Notes under the pieces: generated by a model
Seen by the model: the letters and a program-made list of their open reading frames with translations, nothing else
Databases searched by the model: none
What the model was told of the DNA's origin: nothing
DNA from: Mobula hypostoma
Taxonomy: Eukaryota
Reading direction: 5' to 3'
NCBI RefSeq assembly: GCF_963921235.1
Contig: NC_086101.1
Span: 2,668,001-2,732,000 of the forward strand
DNA length: 64,000 nucleotides
Made by a program: the position numbers and the translations under genes
Part shown: positions 52,434-64,000 of the stretch, in pieces
Layout: each line of letters opens with the position of its first letter
How positions within the stretch are numbered: position 1 is the stretch's first letter

Positions 52434-54895
52434 GTAAGTCGATGTGGAACATTGTGTCAATGAGCCGGACGGTGACTGAACGGGAGACACTGCAGTATCG
52501 GTTGGCTGCTCTTGTGACAAATGGGTGGGGGAGATCTGATTGTGAGAGACACAAGCCCCTCCTCACACTGCTCGTCCAAGGGGAAGGAATGGTGTGAAAA
52601 TCTTCTCTCTTATTTCGTAGTAAATGCCCAAGCTTGGTGTGATCACGGAGCCCTGGCATCGATCTTGGGGTTGCTCAGAGAACCCAACAGATTTTCAGTC
52701 ACAGTCTCCCCTTATACAAACTGGGTTTTAGCCTATCCTGTTATTAAAAGAATAGTAGTCCGAAATTCCACCCTGCACAATAATTGTAAAATGTTAACAG
52801 CCATGAAGGTGAGAGAGACTGTATTTCCTTTGTTTTGCTTCCTTCCCTCGTGAAACAGCTTTGTTTGGTTTGCCAATTTCCAGTGCTCTGTGATTTCCCC
52901 TGACTCCTGTTGTTCCTGAAAGGGCAGTACTATTCGGATTTACTTAGCCTTCTCCCACAGAAGCCTGGTGTGTTGTGCCGCTGGTCGAGGAGATTTACTC
53001 CTTTTCATGTGTTTCATCTTCACTAACAGGTTGTACATTCCCAATGCCTCTCACTTCTGCTCCTGACTCTCCTGATTTTCAGGCATAGTTCTGGTCTCTT
53101 CCCATTTGAAGACGGGCGTAATGTGCTCACTTTGAATCACAGAGTTACAGACACTACTGCAGAGAAAGAGGTCCTTCTGGTCGATGTACCTTTCCAAACT
53201 AATCCTAAGTGTTGCAGCTGGATCCACATCCAGGGTTTTTTCAGTAGCTCAGTATCTGAGTGAAGCTCCCCTCAAATATTTTCCACCATTCAGTCAGAAA
53301 TATTGTCCTCTGGTTGTCGTCTTCGTTCTAGCACTTCACACTCTATCTGATACAGATCTCCAGTATTGCTCTGGTTCCCAGCATTGTGTGGTTCGTCCCG
53401 GCCTTAGCTTTGAGATATTCCTGTCGGCACAGAATCACAATCCATGGCCCATGGGTGGTGTGTGGAATTGACTACCTGTGAAATATTCCTCTCAGCGCAG
53501 AACTTATGGCCTTTGGTTGGATTGTGGAAAGAGAACATCTCTGATTTCCTGGAATGGAAAGTGATGTCCTGGGAGCGGATGGGGTGAAGCAAAGAAACTG
53601 AGAAAAGGGAACAGCATTCTTGGAGGAGATAGGGTGGGAAGAGGTGTTATCGAGGTAACTGTGGGATTTATGTTGATGCACAGTTTGTCTCCAGAGATGC
53701 AGACAGAGAGGGTTAGGAATGGGAAGGAGATGGGCCAAGTGAATTGAAGGGCAAGGTGGAAATTGGAGGCCAAGTTGATAAAATTGATGAGCTCAGCATG
53801 GCTGTACGAAGCTGCACCAATGCAGTCGTCTGGGTAGTGGAGGAAGAGTTAGGGAGTGTAACCGAACTTCAACGATTCAACACAGCCAACAAACAGGCAG
53901 GCCATGAGACTGCCCATGGACATGCCTCGAGTTTGGAGAGAGTGTGAAGAGCTGAGAGTGCGAGGGAAAAATGTGACCTCCAGTTCTAGTCTTACCTAAC
54001 CTCAGTGGAAAAGCTACCTTACCTGGTGAGGGCCTCCGTCGGTCAGAGCTGACGGCGGATATTGCGTCCGAGCTGTCCAGATACGCAAGCCCGGGCAGTA
54101 CGATATTGGAGAGCAAGCTGTTGCCCACGTAGCAGGCTGCCCCTCTCCAAGCAACTGATGAACCCAAAGGAACAGCAAAGACCGATAGAGTTTGGTACCG
54201 GCGGCATCGCAGGAGTTGCCAGTCAGCGTTGAACTCAGTGTTGAACTGCCTTAGGGACTGCAGCTCAGGATTTTTCCTCAGGGTTTACTCCCAAAGCCGT
54301 CCCCATGAGTGGGTAGAGCTGCAAGGCAGCGGAGGTTTGAGATCAGTTTCTCTTATCTGGATGAGCTACAAACCAAGGCCGAAGAGCCCCATCTGGACGA
54401 AGTGACTAGTTTTAAGATGCCAGTAACCTGCCTGTGCCCCTTCCCCTGTCAGCAGAAGCGGATCTACCTACCCATATAATGTGGTATACCTCTATCAAAT
54501 GGAAGCACCTTCAATACAGAAATATTCCATGATTTCACTGAACTACAGACAATAAAGTCTTCGCCCATTCTGACTGCTCGGTCATTTCCCCGATCCCCAT
54601 CAGTTTCCAGCATCAGTTGGAAGTGGTCCAACGTCCACTCCAATCTCTGTCTTACCAGCTGTTTCCAGAAAAGCTGTTGGAATCTTTGTTGAAATTATTG
54701 GCTCATTCACGCCGCAAATTTCACATTTGCCCCGTTTACAGCTTGTTTCTGTTGTCACAGGTGCGGCGCCGGACCCCCGGCCTCTGTGCCTGGGGTGCCA
54801 GGGCTGGGCTTACAGGACCGGGGATGTACTTGACCTCAGGGTGGCGGTGCGGGGCAGTCGTCAGGGCTAATTGTCTCTTTGCCCCCAACCCACAG

Positions 54896-54961
54896 GAACG
54901 CCAGCTCAGCGGACGGTGGCCGCAGCAGTCGGTCTGCTGAATGGTGGGAAGACGATGACGT
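54896..54961 (+). CDS. Microexon C3 (short form ends at 54931)
   Basis: Identical to C1. Confidence 0.5.
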
Positions 54962-55631
54962 GTAAGTGGGAAATGTGACTTCACACACCGACCAGCTGAC
55001 CAGGATCACTGGCCGGTTCCTCGTGACCATGCCCGTGAAATATTCCTCCCCGCGGTGAAGCTGCGGCCCGTGGCTGGTTTGTGGAACTGTTCCCCATGAC
55101 TGTGCCTGTGAAACAATCCTCTCTGCCCGAATCCCCTGCACCTTGGCTGCTTAGTGGAACCGATTCCCAAGGCAGCTGCCTCCCAACAGCCCAGTTGTTT
55201 TAAGAATAAGGGGGAGGCCATTTAGAATGGAGTTGAGGAAAAACTTTTTCACCCAGAGAGTGGTGGATATATGGAATGCTCTGCCCCAGAAGGCTGTGGA
55301 GGCCAAGTCTCTGGATGCTTCAAAAAAGAGATGGATAGAGCTCTTAAAGATAGCAGAATCAAAGGTTATGGGGATAAGGCAGGAACTGGATACTGATTGT
55401 GGATGATCAGCCATGATCACAGTGAATGGCGGTACCGGCTCGAAGGGCCAAATGGCCTACTCCCGCACCTATTGTCTATTGTTCTCACACATCTCCCAGT
55501 CACACTTCGCAACTGAGTGGCTGTGTTGTGTGCATCCTCTGCACCGTCTCACCTAAAGGCAGCACCTCACCCTCTCACACCGCGGACATCGGTGTTATGG
55601 GAGGAGGCATTGCCTGTGTATTGCTGAGAGA

Positions 55632-56352
55632 CACCGCTCCGTGTCCCTGAGCCGACACCGCTCGGTGTCCCTGAGTCGACACCGCTCGGTGTCCCTGAGC
55701 GGACACCTCTCCGTGTCCCCGAGCCGATACCGCTCGGTGTCCCTGAGCCGACACCGCTCCGTGTCCCTGAGCCGACACCGCTCCGTGTCCCTGAGCCGTC
55801 ACCTCTCCGTGTCCCTGAGCCGTCACCTCTCCGTGTCCCTGAGCCGTCACCGCTCTGTGTCCCTGAGCCGTCCCGCTCCGTGTCCCACCCCTCCGTGTCC
55901 CTGAGCCGTCACCGCTCCGTGTCCCTGAGCCGTCACCGCTCCGTGTCCCTGAGCCGACACCGCTCCGTGTCCCTGAGCCGACACCCCTTCGTGTCCCTGA
56001 GCCGTCACGGCTCCGTGTCCCTGAGCCGTCACCGTTCCGTGTCCCTGAGCCGACACCCCTTCGTGTCCCTGAGCCGTCACGGCTCCGTGTCCCTGAGCCG
56101 TCACCGTTCCGTGTCCCTGAGCCGACACCTCTCCGTGTCCCTGAGCCGTCACCGCTCCGTGTCCCTGAGCCGTCCCGATCCGTGTCCCACCCCTCCGTGT
56201 CCCTGAGCCGACACCCCTTCGTGTCCCTGAGCCGACACCGCTCCGTGTCCCTGAGCCGACACCGCTCCGTGTCCCTGAGCCGTCACCGCTCCGTGTCCCT
56301 GAGCCGACACCGCTCCGTGTCCCTGAGCCGTCCCGCTCCGTGTCCCTGAGCG
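55632..56352. repeat. 24-bp minisatellite, copy 3, ~30 units
   Basis: Directly visible. Confidence 0.95.
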
Positions 56353-56399
56353 TCCTACCTTACACACAGACCCTTTTCATTCTTTTCTTTCTCGAACAG

Positions 56400-56435
56400 G
56401 AATCCAACTGAGGGATATTCGGGTGGGACTGATGG
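56400..56435 (+). CDS. Microexon D3; the gene presumably continues beyond the window
   Basis: Identical to D1; no terminal exon recognised downstream. Confidence 0.62.
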
Positions 56436-58049
56436 GTAAGTGCGTCCGTGAGCACAGTGGTCACTGAATGAAAGGTGATGCAGATCTGGATGGGTGGTCA
56501 GGCTGACGGAGGGCGCTCCAGTGGTAAGAGATGGAAGCTAAGGGGAATGAATGGTGTGAACAGTTTGTTTTGGCTCCGGTGGTGAATGCCCGAACCGGAT
56601 TTGGTCACAGATCTCCGAATTCTCAGAGTTCCCTGATAGATTTCTCAGGCGAAATCTCCCTTGATCAAAACCGAGCCGACTTCATTCTATTTCGTCCAAG
56701 TACTCGGAAATTTTATCCTTAATGACTGTAAAAACTTACCATGGGTAGAGAAAATAGCAACTGTCCATAAGACTAAAAGAACACGACTTCGCCATTCCAT
56801 CACGGCTGATTTATTATCCCTCTCAACGCCATTTTTCAGCCTTCTTCCTGTGACCTTTAGTAATTACGAAACTATCAACATCCGTTTTAAATATACCCAG
56901 TGGGCTGGCTGTTTGTGACAATGAATTCCACAGATTCACCACCCCCGGCTAAATTGCTTCTTGTCTCTGTTCCAGAGGGAGGTCCCTGCATTCTGAGACT
57001 CCCTCACTCTCGGAAACTTCCTCTCAACGTGCACTCTGACCAGGCCTTTCGATATTTGATAGGTTTCAGTGAGGTCACTCCTCATTCTTCTAAACTCCAG
57101 TGGGTACCCGGAGTCTTCAATACATTAACCCTTCCATTCCCAGAATCATTCTCGTGAGCATCCCCAGACCTTCTCCAATGTCAGTACATCACTTCATTGA
57201 TAAGTGATTCAAAACTGCTCACAATACTCCAAGTGCTTTCTGACTAATGTTTTATAAAGCCTGAACATTACGTCCTCATCCTCTCGAAATGAATGCTAAC
57301 AATGCATTTACCTTCCTCATCACTGACCCAATCTGCAAATTGACCTCCCAAGCCCCTGTGCGCTTCCAATTTTTGAATTTTCTCTGCGTTCAGAAAATAG
57401 TCTGCACCATTCTTCCTTTTACCAAAGTGTATGACCACACACTTTTCTACACTATATTTCACCTGACACATCTTTGCTCATTGTCCTAACCTGTCCAGTA
57501 CCTTTTCAGATTTCCTGCTTCCTCGAGTGAAGTCAAGTCACTTCTTATTGTCATTTCAACCATACCTGCTGGTACAGTACACAGTAAAAACGAGATGACG
57601 TTTTTCAGGACCATGGAGCTACATGAACAATACAAAAACTACACTGAACTACGTAAAAAAACACACACAAAACTACACCAGACTACAGACCTATCTGCCC
57701 GTCTATCTTTGCACTGTCTGCAAAAATAGCCATAGAGCCGTTAATTTTGCTGTCTAAATCCTTGAGATCTAACACCAAGAGAAGCAGCCCCAACACTGAC
57801 TGCTGATGAATGTCACTAGTCAGCGGCAGCCAACTAGAAAAGGCCTATTTTATTGCGTGCCTCCAACTGCCTCGAAACCTCATCCTTAATAATGAGTACC
57901 AACATCTTCCCAAACACTGAAGTCTGGCTAACTGGTCTATAGTTTCTTGCCTTTCGCCTCCCTCCCTCTTAAAAAGTGGAGTGGCAGTTATAACTCTGGA
58001 AGTATTCTAGCATCTAATTGCTCTTCGGGTCATAGCGTAATAGCGTAAT

Positions 58050-59700
58050 AGAAAAGTACAGCATAGAAACAGGCCCTTGAACCCATCTAGTCCATGTGGA
58101 ATCATTTAAACTGCCTAGTCCTGTACCTGAACCATAGTCCTCCACATCTCTACTATCCATGTCTCTATTCAAACTTCTCTGAAACTTTGAAATCGACCTT
58201 GTTCTGGCAGCTCGTTCCACACTCTCACAATGTCCTGAGTGAAGAAGTGACACTCCACCCCCCCCCACCATGTTCCCTTAAACTCTTCACCTTAATCCCT
58301 TAACCCATGACCTCTGGTTGCAGTCCCACAGAGCCTTAGTGGAAAAAGCCAGCTTGCTTTTACCCTTTCCATACCCCTCATCATTTTTTATACCTCTATC
58401 AAATGTCCTCTCAATCTTCTGCATTGCATGGAATAAAATCCGAACCTATTCAAATTCTCCTTACAACTCAGATTCTCTAGATCTGGCAATATCCTTGTAA
58501 ATTTCCACTGTTCTCTTTCAATCTTTCCTGTAGGTAGGTGGCCAAGGCTGCACACAACACTCCAAGTTAGGCCTCACCAGTGTCTTATGTAACTTCAACA
58601 GGATCTCTCATTTCCTGTACGTTGATTTATGAAGGCTAATGTACCAAAAGCTTTCTTTACGACCCTGTCTACCTGTGATTCCATTTGCAATGCATTATGG
58701 ACCTGTATTCTAAGATCCCTTTGTTCTACCACACTCCTCAGAGCCCTACCGTTCACTGTGTAAGATCAACCCTGGTTGGTCCTACCAAAGTGCAACATCT
58801 CACACTTGTCTGCATTAAATTCCATCTGCCATTTCTCAGCCCACTTTTCCAGCCTGTCCAGATCCCACTGCATGCTCTGATAGTCTTCCTCACTGTCCAC
58901 TATACCCACAATCTTGTTGTTATCCGCAAATTTACTGATCCAGTTATCCACATTATCATCAAAATGATTGATATAGCTGACAAACAACAATATGAGCCAG
59001 CACCAATCCCTGTAACTTGCCACTAGTGACAGGCCTGCAGTCAGAGAGGCAACCATCTACTACTACCCTCTGGGTTTTCCCACAAAGCCAATGTCTAATC
59101 CAATTTACTACCTCATCTTGAATACCGAGCGACTCAACCTTCTTGACCAACCTCCCTTGTGGGACCTTGTCACAGGCCTTGCTAAAGTCCATGTAGACAA
59201 CATCCACTTCTTGCCTTCAACAACTTTACTGGTAACTTCGAAAAATTCTGCAAGATTGGTTAGACACTATTAACCACACATAAAGCCAAGCTGAGTATCC
59301 CTAATCCCTGGCTATCCAAATATTCATATATCTGGTCTCTAAGCATACTTTTCAATAACTCTCCGACTACTGTTGTTAGGCTCACTGGCATATCGTTTCC
59401 TAGTTTATATTTAGAGACTTCCTTAAACAGCGGAACAACCTTGGCTATCTTACAATCCTTTGGTACTTCACCTATCGATAAGAATGATTTAAATATCTCT
59501 GCTTGGGCCCCTGCAATATCTGCCCTTGCCTCCCACAGATCTGAAGGAACACATTTTCAGGCCTGAAGGATTTATTTTCCTCAAGGCAGTAAACATCTCC
59601 AGCTCTGTAATCGGTATGGGCTCTGCTACTTTGCTTCACTCTGCAGACTGTCTCACGAGTAAATACAGATGCAAAAAAAAACATTTAATATCTCCACCAA
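58050..59700 (-). mobile_element. Degraded CR1, complete here but truncated at the duplication breakpoint in copies 1 and 2
   Basis: 'KFADNNKI...WAEKWQMEFNADKC' and 'DVVYMDFSKACDKVP'. Confidence 0.88.
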
Positions 59701-59944
59701 CTATTTGGCACTATGCATGGATTACCATTCTGAATTTTGAAAGATCACTGCTAATGCCTCCACAATCTCTTGAGCTGCCTCTTTCAAAACTCTGGGATGT
59801 CATCCATCTGGTCTATATGACTTATCTGTCTTCAGACCTTTCAGCTTCTCATTAATAATGACAACTACATTCACTTCAGCCTCTGATCCTCTTGAATTCT
59901 GGTTATATAAGTTTTAAGTTTTTAAGTTCCTCGGCTTTAAGTGG

Positions 59945-62900
59945 CTTTAAGTTCCTCAGGGTCAATATCACAGATGACCTGACTTGGCCAACCAAGCAGA
60001 GTTCACTGCCAAGAAGGCCCACCAGCGCCTTTACTTCTTGAGAAAACTAAAGAAATTTGGCCTGTCCCCTAAAACCCTCGCTAATTTTTATAGATGCATC
60101 GTAGAAAGCATTCTTCTAGGGTGCATCACAACCTGGTATGGAAGTTGTCCTGTCCAAGACCGGAAGAAGCTGCAGAATATTATGAACATGGCGCAGCACA
60201 TCACACAAACCAATCTTCCGTCCGTGGACTCACTTTACACCGCACGCTGTCGGAGCAGTGCTGCCAGGATAATCAAGGACACGACCCACCCAGCCAACAC
60301 ACTTTTCGTCCTCTTTCCCTCCGGGCGAAGGTTCAGGAGCTTGAAGACTCGTACGGCCAGATTTGGGAACAGCTTCTTTCCAACTGTGATAAGACTGCTG
60401 AACGGATCCTAACCCGGATCTGGGCCGTACCCACCAAAAGTAAAAGTGGCAGGCCGTCAAATCCAGGGCAAGCATTAAAAAGGGCTAAGAGAGTTGTAAA
60501 AGAGCGCCTGAAGGCTTTATGTGTCAATGCAAGGAGCATTCGTAATAAGGTGGATGAATTGAAAGTGCAGATTGTTATTAATGATTATGATATAGTTGGG
60601 ATCACAGAGACATGGCTCCAGGGTGACCAGGGATGGGAGCTCAACATTCAGGGATATTCAATATTCAGGAGGGATAGACATGATGGAAGGGGAGGTGGGG
60701 TGGCGTTGCTGGTTAGTTAAAGATGAGATTAACGCAATAGAAAGGAAGGACATAAGCCGGGAAGATGTGGAATCGATATGGGTAGAGCTGCGTAACACTA
60801 AGGGGCAGAAGACGCTGGTGGGAGTTGTGTACAGGCCACCTAACAGTAGTAGTGAGGTCGGAGATGGTATTAAACAGGAAATTAGAAATGTGTGCAATAA
60901 AGGAACAGCAGTTATAATGGGTGACTTCAATCTACATGTAGACTGGGTGAACCAAATTGGTAAAGGTGCTGAGGAAGAGGATTTCTTGGAATGTATGCGG
61001 GATGGTTTTTTGAACCAACATGTCGAGGAACCGACTGGAGAGCAGGCTATTCTGGACTGGGTTTTCAGCAATGAGGAAGGGTTAATTAGCGATCTTGTCG
61101 TGAGAGGCCCCTTGGGTAAGAGTGACCATAATATGGTGGAATTCTTCATTAACATGGAGAGTGACATAGTTAATTCAGAAACAAAGGTTCTGAACTTAAA
61201 GAGGGGTAACTTTGAAGGTATGAGACGTGAATTAGCTAAGATAGACTGGCAAATGACACTTAAAGGATTGATGGTGGATATGCAATGGCAGGCATTTAAA
61301 GGTTGCATGGATGAACTACAACAATTGTTCATCCCAGTTTGGCAAAAGAATAAATCAAGGAAGGTAGTGCACCCGTGGCTGACAAGCGAAATTAGGGATA
61401 GTATCAATTCCAAAGAAGTAGCATACAAATTAGCCAGAGAAAGTGGCTCACCTGAGGACTGGGAGAAATTCAGAGTTCAGCAGAGGAGGACAAAGGGCTT
61501 AATTAGGAAGGGGAAAAAAGATTATGAGAGAAAACTGGCAGAGAACATAAAAACGGACTGTAAAAGCTTTTATAGATATGTAAAAAGGAAAAGACTGATA
61601 AAGACAAATGTAGGTCCCCTGCAGACAGAAACAGGTGAATTGATTATGGGGAGCAAGGACATGGCAGACCAATTGAATAATTACTTTGGTTCTGTCTTCA
61701 CTAAGGCGGACATAAATAATCTTCCAGAAATAGTAAGGGACAGAGGGTCCAGTGAGATGGAGGAACTGAGTGAAATACATGTTAGTAGGGAAGTGGTGTT
61801 AGGTAAATTGAAGGGATTGAAGGCAGATAAATCCCCAGGGCCAGATGGTCTGCATCCCAGAGTGCTTAAGGAAGTAGCCCAAGAAATAGTGGATGCATTA
61901 GTGATAATTTTTCAAAACTCGTTAGATTCTGGACTAGTTCCTGAGGATTGGAGGGTGGCTAATGTAACCCCACTTTTTAAAAAAGGAGGGAGAGAGAAAC
62001 CGGGGAATTATAGGCCGGTTAGCCTAACGTCGGTGGTGGGGAAACTGCTGGAGTCAGTTATCAAGGATGTGATAACAGCACATTTGAAAAGCGGTGAAAT
62101 GATCGGACAAATTCAGCATGGATTTGTGAAAGGAAAATCATGTCTGACGAATCTCATAGAATTTTTTGAGGATGTAACTAGTAGAGTGGATAGGGGAGAA
62201 CCAGTGGATGTGGTATATTTGGATTTTCAAAAGCCTTTTGACAAGGTCCCACACAGGAGATTAGTGTGCAAACTTAAAGCACACGGTATTGGGGGTAAGG
62301 TATTGGTGTGGGTGGAGAATTGGTTAGCAGACAGGAAGCAAAGAGTGGGAATAAACGGGACCTTTTCAGAATGGCAGACGGTGACTAGTGGGGTACCGCA
62401 AGGCTCAGTGCTGGGACCCCAGTTGTTTACAATATATACTAATGACTTGGATGAGGGAATTAAATGCAGCAGCTCCAAGTTTGCGGATGACACGAAGCTG
62501 GGTGGCAGTGTTAGCAGTGAGGAGGATGCTAAGAGGATGCAGGGTGACTTGGATAGGTTGGGTGAGTGGGCAAACTCATGGCAGATGCAATTTAATGTGG
62601 ATAAATGTGAAGTTATCCACTTTGGTGGCAAAAATAGGAAAACAGATTATTATCTGAATGGTGGCCAATTAGGAAAAGGGGAGGTGCAACGAGACCTGGG
62701 TGTCATTATACACCAGTCATTGAAAGTGGGCATGCAGGTACAGCAGGCAGTGAAAAAGGCGAACGGTATGCTGGCATTTATAGCGAGAGGATTCGAGTAC
62801 AGGAGCAGGGAGGTACTACTGCAGTTGTACAAGGCCTTGGTGAGACCACACCTGGAGTATTGTGTGCAGTTTTGGTCCCCTAATCTGAGGAAAGACATCT

Positions 62901-63632
62901 TTGCCATAGAGGGAGTACAAAGAAGGTTCACCAGATTGATTCCTGGGATGGCAGGTCTTTCATATGAAGAAAGACTGGATGAACTGGGCTTGTACTCGTT
63001 GGAATTTAGAAGATTGAGGGGGGATCTGATTGAAACGTATAAGATCCTAAAGGGATTGGACAGGCTAGATGCGGGAAGATTGTTCCCGATGTTGGGGAGG
63101 TCCAGAACGAGGGGTCACAGTTTGAGGATAGAGGGGAAGCCTTTTAGGACCGAGATTAGGAAAAACTTCTTCACACAGAGAGTGGTGAATCTGTGGAATT
63201 CTCTGCCACAGCAAACTGTTGAGGCCAGTTCATTGGCTATGTTTAAGAGGAAGTTAGATATGGCCCTTGTGGCTACAGGGGTCAGGGGGTATGGAGGGAA
63301 GGCTGGGTTCTGAGTTGGATGATCAGCCATGATCATAATAAATGGCGGTGCAGGCTTGAAGGGCCGAATGGCCTACTCCTGCACCTATTTTCTATGTTTC
63401 TATGTTTCTATGTAATATCCGGACCTGCCTCTCGGTTTTTTTGCACTACCTTACTTCCCATTTTTCAATTTTTTATTTATGATTTATAATTTAAATTTTT
63501 AATATTTATTAATTTCAACTATTTTTAATATTTTTAATATTTATAATCCAGGGAGTGTGAAGCGCAGAATCAAATATCGCTCTGATGATTGTACGTTCCA
63601 GTACTAATTGTTTGACGACAATAAAGTAGAAA
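59945..63632 (+). mobile_element. Rex1/Babar-like 3' fragment whose 3'UTR is split by the CR1 (59945-~60435 and 63414-63632)
   Basis: 'KKAHQRLYFLRKLKKFG...RFGNSFFPTVIRLLNGS'; an AT-rich UTR with 'acaataaagt' resumes after the CR1 tail. Confidence 0.8.
60436..63413 (+). mobile_element. Young CR1 LINE with near-intact ORF2 (APE endonuclease and RT), 5'-truncated, one frameshift
   Basis: 'LCVNARSIRNK...GITETWL' (frame of ORF 60094-60720), then 'YRPP...GDFN...SDHN...NYRPVSLTS...GVPQGSVLGP...FADDTK' open to 63313; 3'UTR and (TTTCTATG)3 tail. Confidence 0.95.
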
Positions 63633-63734
63633 GTATATTACTGGCGTCTTCCGCTGTGAAAACAGCAGCTAAGTACCTAGTTCGCCCCTCTGCCACTTCT
63701 CTGTTCCCCATTCCAACCTTTCCAGCATTATTTC

Positions 63735-64000
63735 CAATGAACCTAGAAGAGTACAGCACAAAAATAGGCCATTCAGCTCATAATGTTGTGATGAAACAGC
63801 TTAAAAACAAATCAAGAACAGCCAAACACTAATCCCTCCTACCTACACCGTGTCCCTATCCCTCCATCTTCTTTACATTCAGGTGTCTATCCAAACGTCT
63901 CTTAAAATCCTCTGATGTATCTACCTCTACCACCATAGCAGGTCGTGCATTCCAGGCATCCTTGACTCTCCGTGCAGAAGAACTTACCCCTCAATCTTCC
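63735..64000 (-). mobile_element. CR1 3' end
   Basis: Reverse-complement CR1 3'UTR ('gaatggcctatttttgtgctgtactcttcta'). Confidence 0.7.

Larger units (their letters stand above)
51638..58717 (+). repeat. Tandem segmental duplication, copy 3
   Basis: As copy 1; its terminal CR1 continues uninterrupted past 58717. Confidence 0.97.

Overview
Vertebrate genomic DNA, probably from a cartilaginous fish (ray or shark; inferred from the dominance of CR1, Rex1/Babar, Penelope and V-SINE repeats). Most long ORFs in the supplied track are retroelement debris or minisatellite read-throughs. Reading splice signals by hand reveals two host genes the track misses. (1) A minus-strand first coding exon (MAVRATPRSGGNV, 2137-2099) with an RFX X-box just upstream. 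(2) A plus-strand gene with a TATA promoter (19606), a non-coding exon 1, a signal-peptide exon and four exons that splice in frame into a divergent, secreted SOUL/HEBP2-family domain. In place of the usual short terminal exon, the SOUL gene appears to continue into a cassette of four symmetric phase-2 microexons (42, 33, 36 or 66, and 36 nt). That cassette is triplicated within a ~7.2-7.6 kb tandem duplication (36.8-58.7 kb) and predicts a repeated Gly/Ser-rich tail with an R-M-R-R furin-type site in each repeat. No terminal exon was found in the window. Other content: a near-intact CR1 ORF2, a Penelope element with a hammerhead ribozyme core, a 5'-inverted CR1, a truncated L1 with a 16-bp TSD, and several minisatellites.
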